The notes beneath the pieces were generated by a model. The model ran no database searches, was not told the origin of the DNA, and saw only the letters and a program-made list of their open reading frames with translations. Both the position numbers and the translations under genes were made by a program. From Haloquadratum walsbyi C23 (lineage in GTDB: Archaea > Halobacteriota > Halobacteria > Halobacteriales > Haloferacaceae), in assembly GCF_000237865.1 (NCBI RefSeq), contig NC_017459.1:450001-482000 (forward strand): a stretch of 32,000 nucleotides of DNA. Direction: 5' to 3'. Positions within the stretch are counted from its first letter, which is position 1. The number at the start of each line of letters is the position of its first letter. Positions 17,619 to 26,980 of this stretch are shown piece by piece.

Positions 17619-18317
17619 ATGACTGGTGATGATAATCACGATCAAGATACCAGCAGTGATCTCAATACTGCGACTGATGCGCCGGGGTCGGCATCAACGG
17701 TAAATGGGCTTGATGTCACTGCTTGTAAACGCTGTCAAGGGCTCGTTGAGTCACGCTCACAAATTGTCAACGGAGTCGGACCTGCTGACGCTGAGTTAGT
17801 GTTTATTGGTGAAGCGCCTGGTGCGAACGAAGATGAATATGGTGAGCCATTTGTTGGGCGCTCAGGAGATGTTCTTGATGACGCTCTTAATGAAGCTGGC
17901 GTCAGTCGTGATTCCATTCGTATCACTAACTGTGTCCGGTGCCGACCGCCAGAGAACCGAAATCCAACTACTGAAGAGCTTTCAAACTGTCGCAGATATC
18001 TTGAGCATGAACTTTCAGCTCTCAATCCAGCGGTTATCGTCACACTTGGAAAGGTGCCTTCTGAGCATTTACTTGATCGCCAGATTGCAGTAACAACAGC
18101 TGCTGGTGATGTCACTGATATTCGATTAGGTGATCAATCATATCGAGTTATCATATCTGTTCATCCTGCAGCAACGCTATATGACCAGAGTCAATCAACG
18201 ACATTTGTTGATACAATCAAAAGCGCAGCGTCACTTGCTGGCGTACAGAGCGATATTGATAATCCGACTGATACAACGTCCGGTGGTCAATCTCGACTTG
18301 GAGAATATGAAGACTGA
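17619..18317 (+). CDS. udg: family-4 uracil-DNA glycosylase
   Basis: CKRCQGL...[27 protein letters not shown]...SVHPAA. Confidence 0.9.
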   Translation: MTGDDNHDQDTSSDLNTATDAPGSASTVNGLDVTACKRCQGLVESRSQIVNGVGPADAELVFIGEAPGANEDEYGEPFVGRSGDVLDDALNEAGVSRDSIRITNCVRCRPPENRNPTTEELSNCRRYLEHELSALNPAVIVTLGKVPSEHLLDRQIAVTTAAGDVTDIRLGDQSYRVIISVHPAATLYDQSQSTTFVDTIKSAASLAGVQSDIDNPTDTTSGGQSRLGEYED

Positions 18318-18318
18318 C

Positions 18319-19320
18319 TCAGTCAGTTGTTCGCCCAAGCCACCGGTCAGGATCACCAAGCTCGCGAATTGATTGGACCAATCCCTTTGCATCGTGCTCG
18401 GACGGACGGAGTCGGGCACGAAGCCGCGATGAGAGTAGTTCGATTGAAAGAACAAGTATGAGAAGAGTCACAAGCCCGGCTCCAGCACGGAATGAATTGA
18501 ACAGATTGAGATTTTGTTGTATATACTGTCCGAGTCCACCAGCCCCTACAACACCCAATGAGATTGCGATTCGAGTATTGATTTCAAGAATATACAATGT
18601 CCAGGCGACAAACGATGATGACACCTGTGATAACATTCCAAAGTTTATTACCTGAACTCGGGAAGCACCGGTGGATCGGATTGCCTCAATCGGTCCGTCA
18701 TCGATCTCTTCGAGCTCATCTGTAAATAATCGACCAAGGTTACCAATAGTATCCGTTGCGACGGCAAGCATTGCTGTTAATGGTGAAAGTGGCACAAGCG
18801 CGGCATAGATAAATACCCAGACAAGTGCTGGGATCGCTCGAATTGCCGACATTACTCCTCGAAACACAAAATTAAACGGAAACGGGGTGACACGCTCCGA
18901 CCCAAGGACACCAAAGAAGAGAGCAAATGGGAATCCGAGTATTGTTCCGACCGCACCAATCGTTAGTGTCATTACGACTGCAGAAATGATGAGACTACTC
19001 CGGAGTGAACTAATTGTTGTGACGATTGATCCAGGGTGAGTCACACTTGCAATAATCGCAGCAAGACCGCTGATATTATTATTCTGTGTATAAAATGTCA
19101 AATCAACGAAATTTGGCTGTACATATTTGATAAGTTCAGCAGCAAAGAACTCAAACTGTGCAAAGCGAATAAGTTCAGGCACAGGGCGAGCACCGAGAAA
19201 TCCAGTCCCAAAGTAGACAGCACCGACAGCAAGTGTAACCGCGATACTCCAGAATATACGACGAATGAGAACTGCACGCTCTATTCGAGAAAGGATCTCA
19301 TCGAGTGTATCTGTGCTCAT
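18319..19320 (-). CDS. phnE: phosphonate/phosphate-analog ABC transporter permease
   Basis: Multi-span permease whose ATGA start/stop overlaps phnC (19317-19320). It lies in the order phnD-phnC-phnE. Confidence 0.85.
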   Translation of the reverse strand: MSTDTLDEILSRIERAVLIRRIFWSIAVTLAVGAVYFGTGFLGARPVPELIRFAQFEFFAAELIKYVQPNFVDLTFYTQNNNISGLAAIIASVTHPGSIVTTISSLRSSLIISAVVMTLTIGAVGTILGFPFALFFGVLGSERVTPFPFNFVFRGVMSAIRAIPALVWVFIYAALVPLSPLTAMLAVATDTIGNLGRLFTDELEEIDDGPIEAIRSTGASRVQVINFGMLSQVSSSFVAWTLYILEINTRIAISLGVVGAGGLGQYIQQNLNLFNSFRAGAGLVTLLILVLSIELLSSRLRARLRPSEHDAKGLVQSIRELGDPDRWLGRTTD

Positions 19321-20207
19321 AACTGTGCCTCCCCAGTATCGGTTTCAGTATCAGTGTCAGTGTCAGTGCCAGTGCTATGGTCACGACCGGAAGTGGTCTC
19401 CATATCGGAGGATACGCTGGTATCATCTGGTTTGGTCAATCCCTCCCCTTGACCTTCGATATCTCCGTGACTGACAGGAGTACTCTCAGAACCAGCATAA
19501 TATAGATCATCGATAACATCCATTGACAATTCCGCACGGGATCCATCAAAGATGACTGTTCCATCACGAACACCAATAAATCGATCTCCAAATTCACGGG
19601 CAATATTGACCTGATGAAGGCTTGCGACTGTTGTGAGTTCGCGCTCACGTGCGGCTTGTTTCATATATCTCATCACATCTCGGGCTGCTTTTGGATCAAG
19701 ACTTGAGACAGGTTCATCGGCTAAAAGCAATGATGGATTTTGCACGAGTGCTCGGGCAATCCCAACGCGCTGCTTTTGTCCGCCAGACATCGTTCCTGCG
19801 CGTTGTTCTGCATCTTTAAGAAGCCCAACTGTGTCAAGCGCACGAAGTGCAGCACGTTTATCATCTGTTTGATTGAGTGTGAGAATACTCTTTAAATTGG
19901 TTGTCCGTGAAAGTGCGCCTGTCAGTGCATTCCGATACGCCGATAGCGACTCAATAAGATAGTGCATCTGAAACACCATACCCACATCACTACCAGACTC
20001 TGAAACAGGAGAACCACCAATCTGGGCGGTTCCCGTCGTTGGTTCTGTCAACCCATTTAGAATTCGAAGCAGTGTTGACTTTCCAGCGCCAGATGGTCCA
20101 AGAATGACAACAAATTCACCTGCGGTAATTTCAATTGAAACGTCATCGAGTGCAATTGTGTCTTCACCAAACAATTTTGTAACATTCTGCAGTGAGATAT
20201 GTGGCAT
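19317..20207 (-). CDS. phnC: phosphonate ABC transporter ATP-binding protein with an acidic C-terminal extension
   Basis: GPSGAGKST, MSGGQKQRVGIARAL and LLLADEP. The tail ends GTDTDTDTETDTGEAQL. Confidence 0.92.
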   Translation of the reverse strand: MPHISLQNVTKLFGEDTIALDDVSIEITAGEFVVILGPSGAGKSTLLRILNGLTEPTTGTAQIGGSPVSESGSDVGMVFQMHYLIESLSAYRNALTGALSRTTNLKSILTLNQTDDKRAALRALDTVGLLKDAEQRAGTMSGGQKQRVGIARALVQNPSLLLADEPVSSLDPKAARDVMRYMKQAARERELTTVASLHQVNIAREFGDRFIGVRDGTVIFDGSRAELSMDVIDDLYYAGSESTPVSHGDIEGQGEGLTKPDDTSVSSDMETTSGRDHSTGTDTDTDTETDTGEAQL

Positions 20208-20237
20208 AGTGAATTAATTTATTCGTCAGAAAGGGGA

Positions 20238-21221
20238 TTAAGAGTCAAGAAGATCGGTAGTAACACCAAGTTCACTTGCCACCTCAACAACTGGCTGATA
20301 TGTATCATCATCTGCTTCACGTACATCACTAAACCACAGGTCATCTTCGGTATCTGACTCTCCATCTTCGCCGAAGTATATCGACTCACTGGCAGTGAGT
20401 AATGCATCTTTCACAGCCGTTTGTTCGTCTGCTGAGAGTTCTGGACTCACAACGATTGGTGCTCGAGGGATGTCAGTCGTTGTTTCAACATATCGAAAAC
20501 CATCCTTCAACTCACGGTTATCATCGAGTGTAATAAACTTCCCAACACCAGCAGCAGCAACCTGTCCTCGCTCAAGCGCAGCAAATGCCTCCGCATGACT
20601 TGAGAATTGCGGGGTAAACGATGCATCCCCGGTATCGGTTGGAAGGTTTCCAATGCTTAATCCAGCTTGTTTAAGCATGAATAATGGATATAATGCACCA
20701 GAAGCCGATAACCGGTCTGCAAACGCAACTCGCTCATTTTCAAGATCAGAGAGTGATTCTATCGAAGAATCTTCTCGCGTTGCAATAACCGATGCATATG
20801 TCCATGACCCATAACCATACCGCTGTAAAATGATATTACATCGATCATTATCAACGCCGAGTGCTGCAGCGAACGGTCCAGTCTCAGCGATATCTCCAGT
20901 TCCTCCGGCGAGACTTTGGAGAACGGCACTGTATCCCGCTGCATATCGAAGCGTTGCAGTTTCAACCGGAAGCTCATTTTCGAGAGTGGTCCTGACTGGG
21001 GCATACTGTGCTTCCATCAGTTGTTGTGGTTCACTCGGTGACATGTAGAACGTTGCCCGATTGTCATCGAAAGGAACTGAGTCTGACGTTGTTGTGGCTG
21101 TTGTTTGATCGGCACTGTCGGTATTGTTATTGCTATTGTTGGTTGACCCAGTGCATCCGGCTACAAGACCGACTGTGCTGACTGCACCAATACCTTGGAG
21201 GAACCTGCGTCGAGACGACAT
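20238..21221 (-). CDS. phnD: phosphonate ABC transporter substrate-binding lipoprotein
   Basis: Tat motif SRRRFLQ plus lipobox LVAGC, a Ser/Thr/Asn linker and a PhnD-like body (YAP...GY...A...F). Confidence 0.85.
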   Translation of the reverse strand: MSSRRRFLQGIGAVSTVGLVAGCTGSTNNSNNNTDSADQTTATTTSDSVPFDDNRATFYMSPSEPQQLMEAQYAPVRTTLENELPVETATLRYAAGYSAVLQSLAGGTGDIAETGPFAAALGVDNDRCNIILQRYGYGSWTYASVIATREDSSIESLSDLENERVAFADRLSASGALYPLFMLKQAGLSIGNLPTDTGDASFTPQFSSHAEAFAALERGQVAAAGVGKFITLDDNRELKDGFRYVETTTDIPRAPIVVSPELSADEQTAVKDALLTASESIYFGEDGESDTEDDLWFSDVREADDDTYQPVVEVASELGVTTDLLDS

Positions 21222-21396
21222 CAGTACTGGTTATTCGTCAGTCAATGTCGTTAAATATGTTGTATTAGTCATGAGATTGAAGTATAATATTTAATTAACT
21301 CACTTTTCGGCGATATCAATTATATACGTCATGAGTGTTATCATCCAATTTGTCTATGTCAGAAACAACTTTAGCAATGTATGTGAAAATTTCTGT

Positions 21397-22041
21397 GTGA
21401 GCACTCAAACAACTGCAGATATTATACTTGTTGATTATGGGCTTGGAAATCTCCGGTCAGTGACGCGAGGATTAGAGCGCGCCGGAGCATCAGTGACGCT
21501 TTCGACCGATCCAGAGACTCTCGCTGATGCGGATGGCATTGTTCTTCCAGGTGTTGGGGCATTCAGCGAAGGAATGGAAAATGCAGGTCCATTTCGAAAC
21601 GCACTTGCTGCTGCTGTTGACCGTGGTCAACCGGTTTTTGGCATCTGTCTCGGAATGCAAATGCTTCTGACGAGCAGTGAAGAAGCCGACCACGCTGGCG
21701 AAGGAGAAGTGAAAGGGCTTGATTTTATCTCTGGACGGAATCGTCGTTTCGATGGTAATCAGAAGGTTCCTCACATGGGATGGAACGAACTTTCGATTAG
21801 CCGCGAACACCCACTTGTTGATGATGTTGATGGGAAATATGCATATTTTGTGCACTCGTACTATGCTGACCCTGATGACTCAAATGCGGTTGTCGCAACA
21901 GCTGATTATGCGGGTGAATTTCCTGCAGTTGTTGCTGATGAGTCAGGTTCCGTCTTTGGAACACAGTTTCATCCTGAGAAATCCGGAGAAACAGGATTGC
22001 AAATTCTCAAAAACTTCGTTGAATTTTGTCGGACTGCGTGA
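21397..22041 (+). CDS. hisH: imidazole glycerol phosphate synthase, glutaminase subunit
   Basis: GICLGMQ, HMGWN, FVHSY and QFHPEKS. The start is ambiguous: GTG 21397 fits family length, while ATG 21331 would add a 22 aa non-conserved extension. Confidence 0.9.
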   Translation: MSTQTTADIILVDYGLGNLRSVTRGLERAGASVTLSTDPETLADADGIVLPGVGAFSEGMENAGPFRNALAAAVDRGQPVFGICLGMQMLLTSSEEADHAGEGEVKGLDFISGRNRRFDGNQKVPHMGWNELSISREHPLVDDVDGKYAYFVHSYYADPDDSNAVVATADYAGEFPAVVADESGSVFGTQFHPEKSGETGLQILKNFVEFCRTA

Positions 22042-22080
22042 GTCCGAGAACTTTTCTTACCTCCTCAAGTAGAAATTGCC

Positions 22081-22887
22081 ATGCAAATAGTCACGCTCGG
22101 ACCAGCAGGGACATATTCACACCGGGCTGCCCGCGCTGTTGATAATAATGTTGGATTCAAAGAATCGGTCTCTGCGATAGTCGCCGCTGTTGATACTGAA
22201 GAGTACGAACGTGGTGTCGTTCCGATTGAAAACAGTATCGAAGGGAGCGTTACTGAAACACTCGATTCAATTGCTGACAGTGACGTAGCAGTTACACAGG
22301 AGATTGTCACGCCAATTCGACATGCACTCCTTGCACAATCATCAGAGTTTGAATTAATCGCCTCACACTCACAGGCACTCGCGCAGTGTCGATCATATCT
22401 CGAAGATACCTATCCTGACGTGCGCGCTGAAGCGGTTGCAAGCACAGCTCGTGGCGTTGAGCGCGCTCGTGAGGACCCGGGTGTCGCTGGAATTGGTCAT
22501 CCAGATAACGCGGGTGACATATTAACCGTTATTTCAGAGGATATCCAAGATCGGTCATCAAATGCAACACGATTCTTTGTTGTTGCTCCTGAGACTGAGC
22601 GTGTGACAGCTGGTGGACGCTCAACAGTTGTCGTCTATCCAAATGCGAACTACCCCGGACTATTATTAGAGCTACTGGAGGCATTTGCTGATCGTGATAT
22701 TAATCTCTCACGTATTGAGTCCCGACCGAGTGGAAATCGACTGGGCGACTATTTGTTTCATATTGACTTTGAAGCTGGATTGTATGAATCGCGAGCTCAA
22801 GAGGCACTAAAGTCGATTGAATCAATCGCAACTGATGGATGGGTCAAGCGACTTGGGTCATATGACCGTCGACATGTTGTTGAATGA
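22081..22887 (+). CDS. pheA: prephenate dehydratase (PDT plus ACT domains)
   Basis: NATRFFVV and SRIESRPS motifs, with an ACT-like C-terminus. Confidence 0.92.
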   Translation: MQIVTLGPAGTYSHRAARAVDNNVGFKESVSAIVAAVDTEEYERGVVPIENSIEGSVTETLDSIADSDVAVTQEIVTPIRHALLAQSSEFELIASHSQALAQCRSYLEDTYPDVRAEAVASTARGVERAREDPGVAGIGHPDNAGDILTVISEDIQDRSSNATRFFVVAPETERVTAGGRSTVVVYPNANYPGLLLELLEAFADRDINLSRIESRPSGNRLGDYLFHIDFEAGLYESRAQEALKSIESIATDGWVKRLGSYDRRHVVE

Positions 22888-23339
22888 TATCTTATCTGTG
22901 TAGTTCAACTGAATCTCACTAATGGCATGAGATCTCAGCGTCCACAACCCTGATTTCGACTTCATTTTTACGCTCATATGTAGAAATAAATACTTAGGAT
23001 TTTCTCAGGTCAACGGTCTGTATTGAGTGTGAAGCTGAAGAAGTTCAGATAGCCCTGTAAGTGGTGTTTCGAGAAGCCTCGGAACCTTCGCAACCAGTTG
23101 AGAAGGAAGTTGTGGCGGTTCTCACAGCTGTTTGTGTAAGCATCACCTACGACGTAATCGTCGTCGTGATTAATAACGAGATGACCATCAATCTCGTCGT
23201 GCTCGTCGATTCCGTCGTAGATGCTGCACTAATCTATGCAGAGAATCGCCAGACCGTCTTCATCGCCGCATTCAATGATGTCCTCGTCTACGTTTTCAAG
23301 ATCCTCACGAATAAGAAACCGAACTCGTCCGTCGGATAG

Positions 23340-23526
23340 TGATTTAACAAACTTCTGTGTGAACTGATTCACTAATTCGATGCGAGAGAATTATTCTGAC
23401 TGATGAACGTCTAATACTGTTGGCTATAGTCACGCGAAGGATTTCGGCACCCCGGGGTGTCGGAAATCTCCACGTAGTTATAGCCAGCAGTATAATTAAG
23501 CAGCCAGCTTTTCTGTGAACTACTAG
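23340..23526 (+). mobile_element. non-autonomous element X, copy B, inserted in the IS transposase gene
   Basis: It splits the codons ...TLVR / SDGRVRF... It starts TGATTTAAC immediately after a TAG and ends CTGTGAACTACTAG. It is homologous to 8810-8913. Confidence 0.55.
23415..23492. mobile_element. 78 bp hairpin MITE nested in element X, flanked by TAA/TAA
   Basis: TACTGTTGGCTATAG...central CACCCCGGGGTG...CTATAGCCAGCAGTA. The arms are largely complementary over ~39 nt. It is absent from copy A, where the sequence is continuous. Confidence 0.5.
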
Positions 23527-24112
23527 CGGACGAGTGTCACGACTGGCGGTTTGTCTGACTCGAAGGGTTCCCGTCCGTTTTTTAGCCCACGGTCACGCGG
23601 CTCATCCTGGTTGAGACCGTTCTCACCAGCCACAACGTAGATCTCGTCAGATTCGCAGACACCAGTGAGATCAAACTCTGGATCATCATCAAGAGCGTCT
23701 TAGACTTCATGCAAGAAGTCCAAGACTGTCTAACACGTTCGGTCAAGTTCTTGAACAGTTTTCTCTGTCGTGGACTCTTCCATCTCCCGAATGATGTAGA
23801 ACATTTCCGGGATAGAAAGCTGATGATCCGGAAAAATTGTCTCGGTAAGATCGTTGAAAATACTATCACAGTGGTGACAGCGATAGCGTTGAACGTCTTT
23901 CCGCGTCGTTCCTTTCTTGATTGTGTCCGCACTGCGGCAGTGCGGACACGTCACCCCATCTGGCCATCGATGTTCATGGAGATATTTCAGACAATCTCCC
24001 TTGTCAGGCAGAAAGACTTTGTTGACACTTTCTCTGCTGACCATCTTGAGACCAGTTACGAACTCCGTCCAAAAAAAGTACTCATCGCTGTAGATGAGCG
24101 TTTCGAATACAG

Positions 24113-24901
24113 CTAATCAGCATCCGCAGCGACTGGTGTATCACGATTGAGTTTGTCTCGACGGCTTTCATTGAGTGCATCACAGACACCACCTTGTCCA
24201 GTCATATTCGTCTGTGCAAGCCTTCCTCGTCGATGGACGAGTTCAAAGTTCTCAACCGAGACCGGTTCGCCCTCAGGTGTGCGAAACAGCGTGTCATTCT
24301 CTGAGGTGATATATTCGACTGTTCGCGCCTTTCGGAGATACCGATCAAGCGGACGCGCTGGAACTGTCACTGCAAATGATTCCGATTCAAGATAGACAGC
24401 CGCAAATGCATCCTCAGAGCGGCGATCATCACCAGTGTGAATATCGATATCTGCTGGCGTTAATCCACATATCTGTGCCGGTGTGATATCAGCCTCAAGC
24501 AGTGATTCGACTGCTTCATACTGGCGTGAGAGACGCGCCTTGTCATCAAGCGTTGCGCGGACAGAGGCAACCTCTCCATCGGCGTCTGGGAATGATGCAT
24601 CGAATGACCGTCGGGCGTTCACGCCCTCATTGATTTCATCTTGGTGCATATGCTCACGAAGGCGGATGACTGCCCGATTCACACCAGCGATTGATTCAAT
24701 CTCATCGCGAGCGTCAACCGACATCATCCACGCAAACGCAGGCGAACACCACGCCGTTGGGAGTGTGAATGCAAGCGTGACAACCCCATACTCATCACTA
24801 ATTTCGATATGATCGACATACCCGAGTTCGACGATTGATTCATCAAGCTCGGGGTCACTAACGCGGTCAAGCCGTGCCCGGACGGTATCACGTGTTGTCA
24901 T
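24113..24901 (-). CDS. DUF59 (MIP18/PaaD-like Fe-S assembly-type) domain protein with a ~160 aa uncharacterised C-terminal domain
   Basis: VSDPELDESIVELGYVDHIEI...TLPTAWCSPAF is the DUF59 signature. The C-terminal half has no motif I recognise. Confidence 0.75.
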   Translation of the reverse strand: MTTRDTVRARLDRVSDPELDESIVELGYVDHIEISDEYGVVTLAFTLPTAWCSPAFAWMMSVDARDEIESIAGVNRAVIRLREHMHQDEINEGVNARRSFDASFPDADGEVASVRATLDDKARLSRQYEAVESLLEADITPAQICGLTPADIDIHTGDDRRSEDAFAAVYLESESFAVTVPARPLDRYLRKARTVEYITSENDTLFRTPEGEPVSVENFELVHRRGRLAQTNMTGQGGVCDALNESRRDKLNRDTPVAADAD

Positions 24902-24906
24902 TCGCG

Positions 24907-25992
24907 TTAGTCATCCGCTGGGGCAGCTGCGTCGTATGTGTCACCAAGACCGAATTCTTGGCTAATAGCGTCGGTACTGAGCTGTTTCTTTCGCTCTTCA
25001 ATATCGATATCATACAATTCGGCGATATTCTCACCCATGAGCTTCTTTTTCGCCTCAAGATCGAACTCAACGCCGTATTCTTCGACCTGCTCATCGCTGA
25101 GTTCGGTTTCCATCACTGCCTCAATGAGCCAGTCAGGATCCCAAATACCGTAATCCGAGCCGAAAGTCAATCGATCCTCACCAAGCCAGAATAGTAATTC
25201 AGCCATGATTTCTGAGAACCGCTTTGGACGACCGAGTGCCATCGGAGCTGCAACTGCAATCCCACCATAGACGTTTGGTTCCTGGGTTGCAATCCAACAG
25301 AAGTCATCAAGCCGTGGAAGACCAACGTGCTCAACAATGAAATTCAGCTCTGGGAATGATGATGCTGCTTCATCAACATCGCCTACATCGAATGCGTCCT
25401 TGTTGAGCGGTCGGATTGTTGGACCCTTGTGTGGGTGGATATTCTTCACACCGAGGTCAGCACATTTCTCTAAGAATTCAAAGGCATCGTCGCTGTCAAG
25501 CCGCCATCCCTTAGAGTCACCTTTCCACTCCGCGGTGTAGACCTTTGCACCCATGATATCATACTCTTCTTTTTGTCGCTCAAGTTCTTTGAGCCCTTCT
25601 TCGCCATCGCGTGGGTCCCAGCGACCATTGAGCACGAACCGATCAGGATGATCCTGATAGAGTGTCTGTCCGAGATCATCGACAGTATTGAATCCTTCTT
25701 TATAGAAATCTCGGAGGTGTGTCGGCTGATAAACACCGACGTCGACATGATTATTGAATAGATCCTCTTTGACATCCTCGGGAGTGAACTTCCGATATTC
25801 CTCCATGTCGCGCTGTCGGTCATCAGGCGTGAACCCGGTGTGATAATCATGGAAGCACTGAATGAACTGCTCGCCACCTTTGTGTTTGATATTTTCCTCC
25901 GTTGCATCCCACATGTGAACGTGCCCGTCGATGACAAACACATCCTCACCCTTGTATTGGTACATGTACCCATGTCTGAGGATAGCATGCAT
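24907..25992 (-). CDS. amidohydrolase-2 type TIM-barrel metal-dependent hydrolase/decarboxylase
   Basis: VIDGHVHMWD near the N-terminus, then internal H.HKGP and a late GSDYG...D. It is 5 nt upstream of the DUF59 gene. Confidence 0.85.
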   Translation of the reverse strand: MHAILRHGYMYQYKGEDVFVIDGHVHMWDATEENIKHKGGEQFIQCFHDYHTGFTPDDRQRDMEEYRKFTPEDVKEDLFNNHVDVGVYQPTHLRDFYKEGFNTVDDLGQTLYQDHPDRFVLNGRWDPRDGEEGLKELERQKEEYDIMGAKVYTAEWKGDSKGWRLDSDDAFEFLEKCADLGVKNIHPHKGPTIRPLNKDAFDVGDVDEAASSFPELNFIVEHVGLPRLDDFCWIATQEPNVYGGIAVAAPMALGRPKRFSEIMAELLFWLGEDRLTFGSDYGIWDPDWLIEAVMETELSDEQVEEYGVEFDLEAKKKLMGENIAELYDIDIEERKKQLSTDAISQEFGLGDTYDAAAPADD

Positions 25993-26399
25993 AAATAATT
26001 AACATATTTTTTTATTTGACTCGTATTAGAAAAGAAAAAATATAATAATAGTAATGATAATTCTCAGAGAATATCGGTATACAATATCTCTTCTTATTTA
26101 TGAGAGTGTGAACCTGTATTTCAGAAAACGTATACTTCTATGTCTGTTTGGCACTCAAATTTACTCACTTACTCACCCTGCAGGTGTCTATCTATCATAT
26201 TTCGTGTCACCAATTCATACACTCTGATTGATCCTCTCATTTGTGGAGTACACCCCACCAATCAACACTCCCTCTAGACTGACTCATCTATCACGGTATA
26301 GAGCCGGCAAAGGATGGGCGGAGGAGTATCGATATTGCTGATGCACATATATACCCATCATTCCGTAACGGCTTTGTCATAGAGTGCAAACGCGAGTAT

Positions 26400-26723
26400 A
26401 TGGAGTGGCCACATGATCCCGACGGAGAGCAGGGCTCAGAAGGGCGTCGAAAGTATGGGCATGCTGTGATTGCAAAGAAAGTAAACGAAGACGAGGACTT
26501 CCCGCTTGATTGCGACGCATTCGTCAGCGAATACGGCGACCACCCAGTTCGTATTGATAATGAGACCGTTATTTCGGTTGCTGACGTGTTCGAACACGTT
26601 GAAGAAGCAGAGTTCGCGGACTTTATCGAATTTCATCAAGCACTTGGACGTGCGATGCGCCAGGGTGACCTTTGGTCGTATGAGGGTGCAGAGGAATTTG
26701 TTGGGACTGAAAGCGAGGCTTGA
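26400..26723 (+). CDS. conserved acidic haloarchaeal hypothetical protein
   Basis: MEWPHDPDGEQGSEG...DFPLDCDAFVSEYGDHPVRID. Acidic composition and clean ORF; I recall similar proteins in haloarchaea. Confidence 0.6.
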   Translation: MEWPHDPDGEQGSEGRRKYGHAVIAKKVNEDEDFPLDCDAFVSEYGDHPVRIDNETVISVADVFEHVEEAEFADFIEFHQALGRAMRQGDLWSYEGAEEFVGTESEA

Positions 26724-26980
26724 GATCGTTTGCTCTTGTAAATATGTCTTTGCCGGTCGTTACTGTGCTGATCTCACGGCTCAGAGTCATCCCGTATAGA
26801 CGTAATTGATGGATACCGTCGTGTGCGATGAATAATCAAATCGATTGCTCAGCGGAATCCCAACAGAATCACCAAAGACACTTTTACTGTGTATTTCTCA
26901 GTGATCGGTTGAATTGTAATTGGTGAATCACCACAGATCGAGTCATGTGTGACATCCGTGAGCACCGACGCTTGCGATTT

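Larger units (their letters stand above)
23010..24044 (-). pseudogene. IS1595-family transposase, inactivated (in-frame TAG and TAA plus insertion)
   Basis: N-terminus CLKYLHEHRWPDGVTCPHCRS...QRYRCHHC. The middle reads DEIYVVAGENG...GLKNGREPFESDKPPVVTLVR. The C-terminus reads AYTNSCENRHNFLLNWLRRFRGFSKHHLQGYLNFF. Stops are at 23730-32 and 23700-02. Confidence 0.8.
22971..24100 (-). mobile_element. IS1595-family (ISH4-like) insertion sequence, copy 1, disrupted
   Basis: Imperfect ~26 bp terminal inverted repeats: CGCTCATATGTAGAAATAAATACTT and the reverse complement of AAGTACTCATCGCTGTAGATGAGCG. It encodes a zinc-ribbon plus DDE-type transposase and carries a nested insert at 23340-23526. I found no flanking direct repeat. 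Confidence 0.8.

Noticed and set aside
17735-18115. 126 aa minus-strand ORF, plus similar long antisense ORFs (24483..24812, 19633..19872, 12142..12423, 29259..29531)
   Set aside because: Each lies fully inside a motif-supported gene on the opposite strand. They have Ser/Arg/Thr-rich composition typical of antisense frames.
23061-23339. 92 aa plus-strand ORF, and its twin at 27079..27384
   Set aside because: These are antisense shadows of the IS1595 transposase C-terminal coding region. Their similarity to each other only reflects the IS repeat.
24066-24076. A8 run (T8 on the minus strand) as a terminator
   Set aside because: It lies inside the IS between its terminus and the transposase start, and is not conserved in the second IS copy.
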